A stretch of 64,000 nucleotides of DNA from positions 7,006,001-7,070,000 of the forward strand of contig OX597825.1 in NCBI GenBank assembly GCA_951406725.2. The letters are read 5' to 3'. Numbering within the stretch: the stretch's first letter is position 1; the number at the start of each line of letters is the position of its first letter. The DNA is from Octopus vulgaris. Taxonomy: Eukaryota. The notes below the pieces were generated by a model. It made no database searches, was not told the origin of the DNA, and was given only the letters and a program-made list of their open reading frames with translations. Made by a program: the position numbers and the translations under genes. Positions 1-13,774 of the stretch are shown in pieces.

Positions 1-147
1 TTCAAAATATTCAACGTAAACACGAAGTTTCTACCTTTATAAACAAGGAGTTACAACACCTTTACTTGTGAGATTTTTGCTGCCCTGGTAACTATTTATT
101 TTTTTTTTTCCGTGTTAATTGTTAACAAGGTAAAAATACACTCATCT

Positions 148-150
<3 letters not shown>

Positions 151-200
<50 letters not shown>

Positions 201-205
201 TATGT
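151..205. repeat. (TA)n microsatellite
   Basis: Direct dinucleotide run. Confidence 0.95.
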
Positions 206-268
206 GTGCTTAATACTGCATTGATGCATAAATGTTCTTTATTTGCCAAGTTAAACCCATTAGAATTA

Positions 269-933
269 ATGACGAGAATTACGCTAAGCTTTGAACAAAT
301 GAAAGTTCCCCAAAAAGTTTGGAAATTCAGTCAAAGAGCAAAGACAGTTTACAAAGGAGTTTCAAACAGAACAATCTATGCAACTGACCATCACTTGAAT
401 TAGAGATAAATTTGAAGCAGAAGGAACTGCTCTGCATGTCCACAAGAAATGGTTAGAAAGACCACAAGCATCAGAAAGTCCCTTAAACTAAGAAAGGGCA
501 CCAGAAATGAAATACCAGAGTTCAAGATAATTTGAGTAGGAATCAAGTTAAGAAATTTAATGCCAAGTGTCTATGACATTTTGAAGTGTTTTATTGGAAA
601 AGTTATGTTCCAAAAATTCTCCATGTTCTCAATGAACTCAATCCAGACTAAAGAGCGGAATTTTGTGAGTGGAATTGGCAAGCTGTATAGAAGAAGCATA
701 TTTTCCAATAAAGATTATATGGTGTGATGAGGCTATATTTAAATTAGATGGTTTAGTTAACTACCCACAGTTGCACCTACTGGGTACCTGAGAATCTATA
801 TTTTACAGAGGAATGTCATATTAATTTACTAGGAGTTACAGTATGGTGTGGCTTATCATCAAAAGGATTAATGAGATCATTCTTTTTGGACAGTATTGTA
901 TCTAGTCCCATTTACTTGAACTTGCTGTGCTAA
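269..933 (+). pseudogene. Decayed Tc1/mariner-superfamily transposase (frameshifts and stops)
   Basis: Manual translation gives ...RDKFEAEGT..., KIIWCDEAIFKLDGLVN / HSCTYWVPENL...INLLGVTVWCGLSSKGLMRSFFLDSIV..IYLNLL, matching the W.DEA.F.L.G.VN and VWCG.S..G motifs of DDD/DDE transposases. Confidence 0.85.
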
Positions 934-1481
934 TCTGTCATGTGAAATGTCCCCAATGAACAGAGCTGAATTTCAAGTACATAAGTTTGTTGTTAGGTCC
1001 TTCAACAGCTGACAAAATATATTTTGATGTGCTCATGGTTATGAATAAAACTTTATACATACACACACACACACATACATATATATATACATATATACAC
1101 GCACACACATACACTCGTATATATAAACACACATATGGATATATATACATACATACATATGCGTCCATATATAGATGTGTGTGTATGTTTAATCCATATA
1201 TTTCGTCAGTTCCATGGTTAAACATTAAAATTATTGACACTCAAATTTCTGACTTGGTTTTTCTACATGGACTGACCTCTTATATACTTGTTGTTCACAA
1301 TACACACACACATGTAACCTATACATATATACATACATGGTGGAAGTCGATTCCTGACCAAATAAGACCACTTCCTAAATGCATTTCTTTCAAAGGAAAC
1401 ATCTCAAATTTGGTCTCCCATTGCTGAGGAAGTCTCGTATGGCTCCCATGATCTGTAAGGAACACACAAGTCATATCCAAG

Positions 1482-2235
1482 TCAGTTCTCCAGTAGCAGC
1501 AAAGCCTGGCCATCTTGATGCTGGGATCTACAACACTGAGTGAGTCCACTGGTTGCCCCACACATTCTGCTACACAAGGTGCACAAGAGACCAAACTGGA
1601 TATTATATCGACAAAGGTGGGGCACCTCCATTACTACATTTGTGGTTGAATTGGCTTGCCTTTGAGAAGCAAACATCACTGGTCACTCCCGATCTGATGC
1701 AAGATCTTACCAGGTATTGGTATGAAGATTGATCTTTCTAATTGGGTCTTTAAAATTGTCTTTGAAACACTTGTGCAACTTACACTGGAAATGTGTTCCT
1801 TGCTTCAGGTCACTACACAACATCTATTTTGGAATGCAGGTGTCCTCTAAATGAAACAAGATGACCAAACCATCTAAGTTGGTGTTTCATAATCACAGAC
1901 GTGATACCTGTCATTTTTGCCAGTTACTCTCTTATCAAGTACACGAGTTGCCAAAAAATCTTCAGGGCATTATGCATCATTAGAGGAACCACCCAAGACT
2001 TTGGATATGCCTACAATAGGTTGTCCAGGTCTTGCATCTATACAATAGCACTGTTTGGACACATTCTTCCTAAATCTCAACTTTCGTTGATGCTTTGATG
2101 TCTGATTGTAACCAGAGCTTTGATTCCAGTTTTCAAAATGCATCACAGAACTTAGAAGGTCCATAATTGACTTCCTCATCAAGTATATTAAATCTAGACT
2201 GTGCGCTACCAAGGCGGACAAATGTAGCCACAACT
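1482..2235 (-). mobile_element. Decayed RTE-clade LINE, C-terminal part of ORF2
   Basis: Minus-strand translation across frameshifts: ...KLWLQSDIKASTKVEI*EECVQTVLLYRCKTWTTYCRH..., MKHQLRWFGHL..EDTCIPK*MLCSDLKQG..HKCFKDNFKD, ending in a C..C (LCTLCSRMC) motif. Confidence 0.8.
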
Positions 2236-3055
2236 TCTAACTTTTTACCCTCAAAGCTAGTGTCCAGAAAAATTCGCAGAGCCCATTTGATCTGTTGAAT
2301 AACATTAGGGATGTGGAAAAGGGAAACTTACAAATAGAAATAACTGTCAGTCTTTGACACAAAACAAATTCTGCTTGTGCAGACAGATGCGGAAAAAAAG
2401 GCCAAGCCTAACCATCAGAAGCTTCCTATAAAACATACATACATACATACAAACATATATATGTGTACGCACACGCATACACACTCACACACACACACGT
2501 ACACTGTACATGTATCCAGGTTTGTATAACAATGTAATAATTCTTCGGTTTGATGTACTGGTTGTACAATTCACTTACCAAGAATTGCATAGCAATTTGG
2601 TAGAGACTGATCAACAGAAAACTTATATTCTGATTTATGTCTTTTCCTTCTTAACGATCTTCCTCTCTTCCTCACCAAACCTCCGCCCACCTCCAGTGCA
2701 CTGCCAGTCTCTCTCTCTCCCTCTCTCCCCCTCTCTCTCTCTCATTGTATCACCTTTCTAATCTGCTCCCACTTGTTTAATACTTGCAAATGACAACAAA
2801 CAGAAAACACATCCTCTTAATACAATCAGCAATTCATGACTGATGTATTCTCCGCAAAGTTAATAGCATTAGGACGAGAGAGATGCATCGCTGTTGCTTC
2901 TTTTATGCTTCTACCGATTCTTGCAGGTCTTTTAACTGTTGATGCTTCTTCTCTTCTCCTTCTTTTCTTGTCTTTGCTTCACCATCTCCCCTCTCTCTCT
3001 CATTCACACACACTTATGTATATATGCAATGCTTTTATGTAAATGTATGAGATGT

Positions 3056-3398
3056 GTGAAGGTGCCTGGTTCAGTGGTTAAAGCATTGGGCTCACAATCA
3101 TGCGGTAGTGAGTTCAATTCCCAGACCAGGCTGTGTGTTGTGTTCTTGAGCAAGACACTTTATTTCACGTTGCTCCAGTTAACCCAGCTGTAGAAATGAG
3201 TTACAACGTCACAGGTGCCAAGCTGTATCGGCCCCTTTGCCTTTCCCTTGGATAACATCAGTGGTGTGGAGAGGGGAAATTGGTAGGCATGGGTGACTGC
3301 TGGTCTTCCATAAGCAACTTTGCCTGAACTTGTACCTCAGAGAGGAACTTTCTAGGTGCAATCCCATGGTCAGTGGGATTTACCCTTTACTCTTTACC
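3056..3398 (+). mobile_element. tRNA-derived SINE family D (CORE-like central domain)
   Basis: Box A/B-like head (TCAGTGGTTAAAGC..GAGTTCAATTCC) and body TTGAGCAAGACACTTTATTTCACGTTGCTCCAGTT..CAGCTGTAGAAATG; several copies in the window. Confidence 0.85.
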
Positions 3399-3410
3399 TG
3401 TATATATGTA

Positions 3411-3625
3411 CCATCATCATCGTTTTGACGTCCACTTTTCATGCTGGTGTGGGTGGGACAGAATTTATTGAGGCTGATTTTCCTTTAGCTGGTCGTCCTT
3501 CCTGTGGGCATCTCTCATCTATTTCCAAGTAAGGTGTTCCCTTCCCAAGGCCAGACATGTTTTCACTGAAGATTGGAAACGAAGGACATCACTTGTATGA
3601 CGGTGATGCTCATTTACAACTACCA
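3411..3625 (-). mobile_element. Diverged SINE family C variant with (GAT)n tail
   Basis: CATCATCATCGTTTTGACGTCCACTTTTCATGCTGG resembles the 3' end of family C. Confidence 0.6.
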
Positions 3626-4359
3626 TGAGATTGATTTTGTGAAGTAAGGTGTCTATGGAGTAGAAATGGAGGACAGCAGTAGAAGAAGCAGATATGAGTA
3701 TTGTTCTCTTTCCTCTAATGAAACAAATAAATGAATTGTTCATCTGATTCGTTTTTCATGTTTTGCCGAAATGGCTTGGTTGTGAATAATTGTGTTTTCC
3801 AAAAATACATTATACAACTACAGCGAAACCATTTGATGACATCTTTTGCGAGATGTTTCTTTGAGGGTTTATCTGAATGAATTAATAACCTTTTAATAAT
3901 TACAGCAGTTCGACTGGTGAAAACTCCCTTATGTAAACACAAACAAACATTTTAAAGTTCCGCTTACCGCAAAGGAAAAAAAAAAACTTAAAAATCTTCC
4001 TCATCATGGTAACTTAAAGATTGCCTCCAACTATTATCTTGTTATTAAGGGACTTTGATTACAGCAGCAGAAATGGAAGGTGTTCTATGAGTGACATTTA
4101 GTTGTACGATTGCCTCATCAGCATGAAAGATTTCAAAATGGCTTGAAGACTTCAAAGAGCTTTATTATGATAACTACCACAATTGTGATTTGAACAGCTA
4201 CCCTCTTTTTTTTTCTCTCTCTCTCTCTACCCTTGGGTGTCATTTAAAAGAATTCTCTTTTTTGCTTTCATACATTTGAAATGACCTCGCTTTCTTCATT
4301 CTCTCTCACTCGTCCTTGTTTTTGAGAAGTTCTTCATTATTGAAATAAAAAAAAAACGC

Positions 4360-4705
4360 AACCATCATCAGACTCACCATCGAAACCACTAACATCACCA
4401 CTACCACTACCGCTGCTGCCACGACAACGATGATGACAACCACCACCACCTCCAGCACCAACACCACTACTACCACCAACAACAACACCTCCACCAACAC
4501 CACCACCACCAACATCAACAACATCATCACCACCACCACTACCATCACCATCACCACCAACAACAATACCTCCACCAACACCACCATCACCACCACCACC
4601 ACCATCAACACCACCACCACCAACATCATCTCCACCACCACCACCACCACCACCACCACCACCACCACCACCACCACCACCACCACCACCACCACCATCA
4701 CCAAC
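4360..4705. repeat. (ACC)n/(AAC)n low-complexity trinucleotide repeat
   Basis: Direct reading; source of the poly-T and poly-V ORFs. Confidence 0.95.
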
Positions 4706-5062
4706 TTCAAAGTGAATTCAAGTTCATCATTTCTATCATCATTATAATAATTGGAAATTCCTTGTTATTTCCTTCAATACTAACAGCAACACTATGGCGG
4801 TGGCAATGGTATTGGTGGTGGTGGGGGTGGTATTGGCCGTGGTGAGAATTCAGATTCCTAATCTAAAAATCATCCCCAGAGTCATCACAAGTTCATAACA
4901 ATTCAGTTTCCTTTTCTTTTAAGAATATCCAACTTTTTTGTTTGTTTTAGCTTTTGTTTTTTTTTGTTTTTTTTTTATCTCATTCATTTTAATCATTTTT
5001 CCATCACTGAAATGGGTTGAATAGGACTGCAAATGCTGGAAATCACATGAATTGTTGATATA

Positions 5063-5300
5063 ATGCACACGCGCACACACACACACACACACATAAGACA
5101 CCCACACATGCACACACCCACACACACATGCACACAACCACACACACACGCACATGCACCCCACACCCATAATCCCCCACACACCCACATGCATGCACAC
5201 ACATGCATACACACATGCACCCTCAAAACCCACACCCACCCACATACACACAGGTGTGCGCGCACGCACACACACACACACACATACACACACACACACA
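5063..5300. repeat. Degenerate (CA)n repeat
   Basis: Direct reading. Confidence 0.9.
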
Positions 5301-5690
5301 AGGCAATGAGCTGGCAGACTCGTTAGCACGCCGGGCAAAAGTGCTTAATGACATTTCATCTGTCTTCATGTTCTGAGTTCAAATTCCACCAGGGGTCAAC
5401 TTAGCCTTTCATTTTGTCTCTGGCTCAATAGAATAAGCCCTTAGTTAAGCGCTACAGCTGACATAATTATCTGTCCCCCTCCCCTCAAATTTCTGGCCTT
5501 GTTGCCTATAGCAGGAAGGATATTACACGCACAGAATCACTAACATTTCTGGGTGAAATGCTTAGCAGCATTTCATCTGTCTATAGGTTCTGAGTTCAAA
5601 TCCTACTAGAATCAACTTTGCTTTTCATCCTCTCAGGGTCGATAAAATAGGTACCAGTGAAATTGCTGGCCTTGTGCCAAAATTTGAAAT
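5301..5690 (+). mobile_element. Two adjacent copies of SINE family B (Nin/Deu-like domain)
   Basis: GAGCTGGCAGACTCGTTAGCACGCCGGGC head, GAGTTCAAATTCC box B, and CTTTCATCC..GGGTCGATAAAATAGGTACCAG domain. Confidence 0.75.
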
Positions 5691-5959
5691 TCATATTACA
5701 TACACACACACACGCACACACTCAATTGTGTATTGTTTTTGTTGTTGAGAAGATGGGGTCGATGGCTTCCGAGGAAAACCTCTCCCAAATTAGATGTTTA
5801 AGAAATGGTTGTCTGTAATCTATGGGAAACCAGTAAAGAAAACTGGAATTGTCAACGCCGTTATTTATGGGAACGCACGGAACACATTAAGGGTAATAGG
5901 ATTTTAAAACACTCAACATAATTCAATTTGTCAGTCGAATCAATACCCATCATGTTCGG

Positions 5960-6420
5960 CACTACCACCACCACCACCACCACCACCACCACCACCACCA
6001 CCACCACCACCACCACCACCACCACCACCACCACCACCACCACCACCACCACCACCACCACCACCACCACTGCCACCGTCACTGTCATCACTGTCACCAC
6101 CACCACCACCACCACCACCACCACCACCACCACCACCATCACCATCACTACCATCACTGCTACTTTCACTATCACCGCCTCCATCACTGTCACCATCACT
6201 GCTGCCAAACAGTACTACCACCACCACCAACACCACCACTGGCACCACCACAACCACCTCTGCTACTGCTGCCACAACAACAACAATCATCATCATCACC
6301 AGTGTCATTTTCGTTGCTTAATCATCACATCCATCACAATCACCATCACCATCACTACAGCCATCACCACAACCATTACCTTCCTCTTTACCCTCCTCCT
6401 CTTCCTCCACCTCCACCTTC
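5960..6420. repeat. (ACC)n trinucleotide repeat and derivatives
   Basis: Direct reading. Confidence 0.95.
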
Positions 6421-6467
6421 TCTTCATTATCAATAGTCTCACCTCTTTTCCATGATCATCATCACTG

Positions 6468-6737
<270 letters not shown>

Positions 6738-6967
6738 AGTATGTATAATAGTGTACAAACAATTAAGTCTTTATACATGAAAGAGATGAACTTTGACAGG
6801 ACACCTTACATGCTAGAAAGAGCAGTCAAAACCCAAGCCACGAATAAATGCAATTTCAAAGAGAATGAAAATTAGAAATATTTTTATGATGGTGACGGTG
6901 GTAGTGGTGGTGGCAAAGGTGATGGTGATGATGCAATTTAGTATATGAACATATACAAATGTTTACA

Positions 6968-7395
6968 TGGTGTGGCTGTGTGGTAAGAAGCTTGCTTCCC
7001 AACCACATGGTTCCAAGTTCAGTCCCACTGTGTGGTGCCTTGGCCAAGTGTCTTCTACTATAGCCTCAGATCAACCAAAGCCTTGTGAGTGGACTTTAGT
7101 AAATGGAAACTGAAAGAAGCCCATTGTATATATACACATGTATATATCTATGGGTGTGTGTGTGTCTTTGTGTCTGTATTTGTCCCTCAACACTGCTTGT
7201 TAGCCAGCATTGGTGTGTTTATGTCCCTGTAGCCTAGCAGTTTGGCAAAAGAGACTGATAGAATAAGTACTAAGTTTAAAAAAAAGAATAAAAAGTCCTA
7301 GGGTTGATTCATTTGACTAAAACCCTTCAAGGTGGTGCTCCAGCATGGCCACAATTAAATGACTTAAATGAGTAAAACATAATAACAGATAAAAG
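6968..7395 (+). mobile_element. tRNA-derived SINE family A (~400 bp, internal microsatellite)
   Basis: GTGGCTGTGTGGTAAG..GTTCAGTCCCACTG..CCTTGG.CAAGTGTCTTCTACTATAGCC..GGTGCTCCAGCATGGCC; about ten copies in the window. Confidence 0.9.
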
Positions 7396-8184
7396 ACATG
7401 TGAATATGCTAAATCATACGTAAGTTTGCAAATGTGTGTGTAAGTCTATGTCTACCTGTGTGTGTATGTGTGTGTCTATGTCTACCTGTGTATGTATGTA
7501 TTCAGTAAATAAAGTAAAATATTTATTTTAAATCTGTTTAGTGATTCTGTAAAGTGATTTGGGGTTTTAAAATCCAAAACTGTCAACAAGTTTCAAACAG
7601 ACGGTTTCATCAGGTTTCCTGTAGCCAGTGATGTGCTCAGCTCCATTAACATGGAACAACCAACACACGCAAAATCTAATCTACAACCAAGTGTGACTTA
7701 AACAACAACTCAGCATAAATAATTATCTACGAACCCTGTAGCAAGAGAACTATTACAGTAAATCTTAATGTATTTATTATTTTAAACTGTAACTAGTCAT
7801 GCAGTATTGTAATTTATCCGTTTATGATCCCAGTCTGTGAAGAACAACATCTATGTTATGAAGCTATCATAAATCTCTACACAGCATCGTTAATATTCTT
7901 TCATCAGTAACAAAACTAATTACTTTACTGGCTGCTGTTTATTATCTTTATATATTTTACTTATTTATTTTGGATTAATTCCATTAAAACAGAGAGGGTT
8001 AATTTCTAACTAAATGACAAACCTACATCACTGAAATTCAGGCATCAACAATGCGGTGAAATCATATTCTAAAACTTAAAAAAAAAATTTTACATATTAT
8101 TACCATTTTCCTCATAGATGTTAACAGAATATGACAGCCTTCTGCATAATTTCTGTCTGATAAATTTCGTTTACAAAATATTGG

Positions 8185-8395
8185 TTTCAAATTTTGGCAC
8201 AAGGCCAGCATTTTTAGGGAATGGGACAAGCTAATTACCTCGACCCCAGTGTTGAATTGGTATTTAGTTTATCAACCCTGAAAGGATGTAAGACAAGGTC
8301 AACTTGGTGACATTTGAACCCAGAATGTAAAGAAGGACAAAATGATGCTAAGCATTTTCCTGGCATGTTAACAATTCTGCCGGTTTGCTGCCTTG
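8185..8395 (-). mobile_element. SINE family B
   Basis: Reverse complement of the family B consensus. Confidence 0.75.
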
Positions 8396-8574
8396 TACTA
8401 CTAGCGTCACTAAAGTGTGTGCCACTCGGGACAGCCCCTCTGTTTGCTACCCCCAGACCCTGCAAAAACACATATTGCCTACAGCAGACCCAAAAGTACT
8501 ACCCCTTTAAAAGTGCCATCCAGGGTGGACTGCCCCCTACTGCCCAATATGTCCTGTGCATATTAAAATAATAT

Positions 8575-9210
8575 AGATTTCAAATTTTGGTACAAGGCCA
8601 GCAATTTCAGGGAAGGGGTGAGTCAGTTACATCAATTCCAGTGCTCATCATCATCATCATCATCATTTAACATCTGTTGTCCATGCTAGCATGGGTTGGA
8701 TGGTTTGACTGGGCTGGCTGGCTGGAAGGCTGCACCAGGCCCCAGTCCTATTTTGCCATGGTTTTCTATAGCTGTATGCCTTCCTATCTCCAACCACTCT
8801 GAGAGTGTAATGGATGCTTTTACGTGTCACCAGCATGGGGGCCATTCATGTGACACTGGTGACTGCGATTTTGCTCGGCTTCATGGGTTTTCTTCTCAAG
8901 CATGATATAATGCCAAAGGTCTTGGTCATTGCCTCTGTGAGGCCTAACACTCGAAAGGAACTCGGCCACTTTGCCTCCATGAGGTGCAACACTTGAACTT
9001 GGCTACTTTGCCTCCATGAGGCCCAACACTTGAAAGGAACTTGGCTACCTTGCCTCCATGAGGCCCAGTGCTTGAAAGGAACTTGGGACTTATTTTATCG
9101 ACCCTGAAAAGGTATAAAGCAAAGTCGACCTTGGCGGAATTTGAACGTAAATATAAAGATGGACGAAATACTGCTGTATTTTTCCCAATGTTCCAGCTTG
9201 CTGCCTCATC
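8575..9210 (-). mobile_element. SINE family B interrupted by a family C copy (8647-9085) carrying ~42 bp internal tandem repeats
   Basis: B 3' part at 8575-8645 and B 5' part at 9090-9210; C tail CATCATCAT..CCATGCTAGCATGGGTTGG lies between; TTGCCTCCATGAGG..GAAAGGAACTT repeats about four times. Confidence 0.8.
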
Positions 9211-9901
9211 TGTTTACAAAATATTGATTAGCCCAAAGGTATGCTAGAAGACTCTTGCTCCATCAAAGGCCACACAACTTTGCCTGCGTCCATATGAGAA
9301 GTGGATGGCATTACAAGAGTAATCACAAAAAAAAAAGCAATAAAGATCCGGATGTGTACTCAAAAATCCAGCAACCCAGTAGGCTGTTGCAACATTTTGT
9401 TTCACCTGTTTGTGTTGTCACAGTGTAAAGAAGAGATGATTCTAATAGAAAGATGGCTTTGATCAGGAAAGAAAAACAAAAACAGACAAACAAACTCAAC
9501 ACATCCTACAGAAATAACCCTATATAGAACCTGCTAATGTTTGTGTATGTATGTGTATAAATGGTTGCGTGTATGTGTGTGTGTTTGTGATGTGTATGGG
9601 TATGATATGTGTGGGGTGTGAGTGTGTGTGTGAGGCTGCATATGTTTATATATGTGGTGTTTGTGTGTATGTGTTTATATGTGTGTATGTAAGTGGTGTG
9701 ATCATGTGATTGGAATGATTTGTGCGTGTGTGTGTGTATTGTGTGTATTGTGTGTGGGCGTGCGTGTGCATGCATGTGTGTGTGTTGAGTGAGGGCAAAA
9801 GATTTAAAGTAAAAATGCTAAGGGCAAGAGTAAGCTTAAAAAAATAAACACAAAATATAGAAAAGAAAACTAAAACAAGCAGAAAATAAAGAAATATCAA
9901 A

Positions 9902-9942
<41 letters not shown>

Positions 9943-10488
9943 AAATAAAGAGTGAGAAGCCCCTGCTAAGTGAAATTAAAAGGAGAAATTATATTCCAAA
10001 GCTTTCATTTTTTCAATGCTTTGAGGAAAAAAAACTGGTTTCAATTTCAGTGAAATAGCTGAAAGCAAATCAACTGTGTCCTTTAATTTAGTTTTGGTCT
10101 AATTAATTTTCCACTTTCTTTGTCATTACTTTGCTACTTGTTCTTACAAAACACTGCTCAACATTAACCCTTTCATTCTCCGGTATTTGTTTTAGACTCA
10201 CTCGAATGTTGCTAAATATCGATTACTTTTACCAAAGCAAAAAGGTAAATTTTTCAAACACGTTTTATCAACTGGGTCAAATGCAAACCCTATTAATGGC
10301 TCTTTATTTGACATCTGCAGCATTTTTATTTTTTACGCAAACTTGCACCTGTTTTGATTTATTTCCTCAAATCATTGAAATATCAACAAAATTCCTGTAA
10401 TGGACAAACCGGTGAGTGAGTCTAGCCTTGGATGGTTCCACAGTCACAGAAAGAGATTCTATATTCTCTTTCTCAATTTCTCTTCAAA

Positions 10489-10885
10489 TAGGTGCAGTAG
10501 TGGCTGTGTGGTAAGTTGCTTGCTTACCAACCACATGGCTCCGAGTTCAGTCCCACTGTGTGGCACCTTAGGCAAGTGTCTTCTACTATAGCCTCGGGCC
10601 GACCAAAGCCTTGTGAGTGGATTTGGTAGACAGAAAGTGAAAGAAGCCTGTTGTATATATGTATATATATGTTTGTGTGTCTGTGTTTGTCCCCCTAGCA
10701 TTGCTTGACAACCGATGCTGGTGTGTTTATGTCCTCGTCACTTAGCGGTTCGGCAAAAGAGACCGATAGAATAAGTACTGGGCTTACAAAGAATGAGTCC
10801 CGGGGTCGATTTGCTCGACTAAAGGTGGTGCTCCAGCATGGCTACAGTCAAATGACTGAAACAAGTAAAAGAGTAAAAGAGAGTC
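10489..10885 (+). mobile_element. SINE family A, full length
   Basis: Matches other A copies; GTAAAAGA tail repeats. Confidence 0.92.
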
Positions 10886-11327
10886 CTTAGTCAGGTAAAT
10901 TCCATTACAGAGTCTCAAACATTTCTATCAGCTAAATAAGGATACCAAGTTCTTCGACAAGTTTTCTGCCAGTTCCATTTTCATATCTGATAATGGTGGA
11001 ATATTTACCATTCTTTTTCCACAGCTGTCTGTAGACAGATTTTTGTGGAAAGTTAGCGGAAAGGAAAGCTTTCGAGGATTTTACTCTGTCTTTCATATTT
11101 GTTACTGATGTCTTTCATCAAACATTTGTTTTTATTTTATATCTTTCTTTTATCCAATTCCACTTGATATCAGGTTGAAGAATGGTAAAATATTATGGTA
11201 AATATTAATGCTAAGTAGCCTGAAGCAATCAGTTATATACCAACATCTCACATTAAAAACGATGTCCAAAGATTGCAAGATGGTAAATTAAGGATCATTT
11301 CTAGAGGATTTTGAGCTATAGAAAGGA

Positions 11328-11642
11328 GTAAAGACCCCCTTCGGTCATGAATAACCATGGGATTTCAGCTAGAAAGTTCCTCTCTGGCCAAGGTTATTTA
11401 TGGAAGACCAGCAGTTGCCCATGCATATCAGCCTCCTCTCTCCCTACCACCGATGTTGTCCAAGGGAAAGCCAAAGACTTGGCACCAGTGATGACGCAAC
11501 TAATTTCAACAGCTGAGTGAACTGGAGCAACGTGAAATAAAGTATCTTGCTCAAGAACACAGCACACAACCTGGTCCAGGAATCGAACTCACTACCTTAC
11601 GCTTGTGAGTCTGATGCTCTAACCACTGAGCCATGCACCTCC
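11328..11642 (-). mobile_element. SINE family D
   Basis: Reverse complement of 3056-3398. Confidence 0.85.
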
Positions 11643-11977
11643 TACTTATAATACGAACCTAAAGAGAGATTTACAACCTATTTTTGCACAGTAGGTTTGC
11701 CAAATAAGGAAATGAAACTTGGTTGGGTTTGTGAAATTAAATACATACACAGATCCACACATTAAGGATGTGAGTTATACATAAAAAGTATGAATATTTG
11801 AAATCGATCCATTTTAGAGAATGCTCTTTCTTTACTTGTTGCTATGCTGCAGGTAAAAATATTATTTGTTAATCATGCACATACCTTTTTTAAATAGGAG
11901 ACTTATATAATGAAATTTTTCATTAGTTTCTATGGTGACAACAATCTACTTATTTATCTTTCACACACACACACAAA

Positions 11978-12027
<50 letters not shown>

Positions 12028-12203
12028 AAAAACAACAAAAAGCATGGCACTGCATGCAAAAGTCAGGTGAGAATCCTAGAACACTGAGAAGATGCTGTAA
12101 TATTCACCAGAATTCCCCCATCAACTTATTAAAAACAGTAAAGGACCAGCTGCCAAAAATTAAAAGTCTATCCAAAGAAAATTGAAGATTATTATCATTA
12201 TTA

Positions 12204-12255
<52 letters not shown>

Positions 12256-12260
12256 TATTA

Positions 12261-12775
12261 TGTCTGATTTTTGCTTTGTATTTGTACAAGTTGGCTCCAA
12301 GTCTCACCCAGAGACCTTAAGAAACAACAAGTTAGAAGTTCAAGTTGGTGTTATGCTTAGGGTGCCATATATTTGGTTTTGTACATAGTGTTGTACTAGA
12401 GAATGTTTAAAAAAAACATAAGAAAATTATGTTTGTTTTAAAACTTGAGTTTACATAGAAAGTATTTTACATAGGATATGAGCAGTTCCCATGAGCACTA
12501 TCTTTTGAATTTCTGCCATTTTGGGGTTTCCTGGTATCTGAGCTAGGCAGAAATCAGCTCCTTTTGCTATCATTCCCAGGGCACCTATAACAACAGGTAT
12601 TGTTTTAGTCTTCAGGTTCCACATTTTGCTGATTTCTATTTCCAGATCTTTATATTTGCTCAGTTTTAGGTAGGTCTTGACAGATACGTTTATATCAATT
12701 GGGACAGTCATATCAATGAGGAGGCATGATTTTTGTCTGAAGTCTTTCAATACGATATCTGGCCTATTTGCATCT
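12261..12775 (-). mobile_element. 5'-truncated R4/Dong-like non-LTR retrotransposon (restriction-like endonuclease C-terminus plus 3' UTR) within a (TAA)n array
   Basis: DANRPDIVLKDFRQKSCLLIDMTVPIDINVSVKTYLKLSKYKDLEIEISKMW..PVVIGALG..IQKIVLMGTAHIL has the RPD..D..K..KY..L REL motif; flanked by TAA/TTA repeats on both sides. Confidence 0.88.
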
Positions 12776-12831
<56 letters not shown>

Positions 12832-12850
12832 TAATAATTTTTATTATTAC

Positions 12851-12913
<63 letters not shown>

Positions 12914-13774
12914 CATTATTATTCCATTTTATACAAGAATCTTACATTTTGGGTTTTATTTCATTAGACACTGACTGGATAAAATGAAAATTTGAACTTC
13001 TTGGATTAGATTCATAATACTGGATATAACAAAGAATCAAGTTTTCCTATCTTTGTTCTCATCTCAACACTATTGAAGTTATGTATCAACAGATTTCTGA
13101 AGAATATTCTTATTGTAATTCAGAGAAATCCTGACTTGGTATGTAACTATATTTGTTTCATGTTAAAGGTAGAAGAAAAAAGAAAAAATCTATCACTTAT
13201 TGGATATTGAACTTGTGCTTTCTAGAGAAAGAACTTACAGAAGTTCTCACTCAAAGGCTAAGTTCAGTTTTATCATTAACCTCTCAACTTCCCTACAAAT
13301 GAAATTTTGTCTGTCAATTTTTTTTTCTTTAACCATAGCCATCATTTTGTATCAGTGTACGAGGTGTTTAATTCTGCTTCTAAGGTTCTGATCTAGTTTC
13401 TTGTTTAAATTGGTATCAGTAGGAAGAACGTCCAACTGGGAAATCATTTCTTCTATAACTAAATTTGCAATAGCCATCACATCAATAAACATTACATCTA
13501 AAACAAAATAACAAAAGTAAAATAAATGCATTTCAAATGATAATGCATATATTATCATTGTATCTGAAGATGAGTGATAGCAGTGTAGCCAAAACCAAAT
13601 AATGGAAGTGATTTTATCAAGTATGGAATGGTGAAATATTCAAAACTTGTACTTGGAATAAGGGGATCAAAAAATGATACCATGTAGTTTCCCTAATACT
13701 GATTGCAGTTCACTATCCCCCCCACCCCACACCCAAAACATATTTTGGTAAGTTCCAGTTATTTTCCATTCACT

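Noticed and set aside
8930-9085. CRISPR-like spaced repeats
   Set aside because: Contiguous tandem units without unique spacers, inside a eukaryotic SINE.
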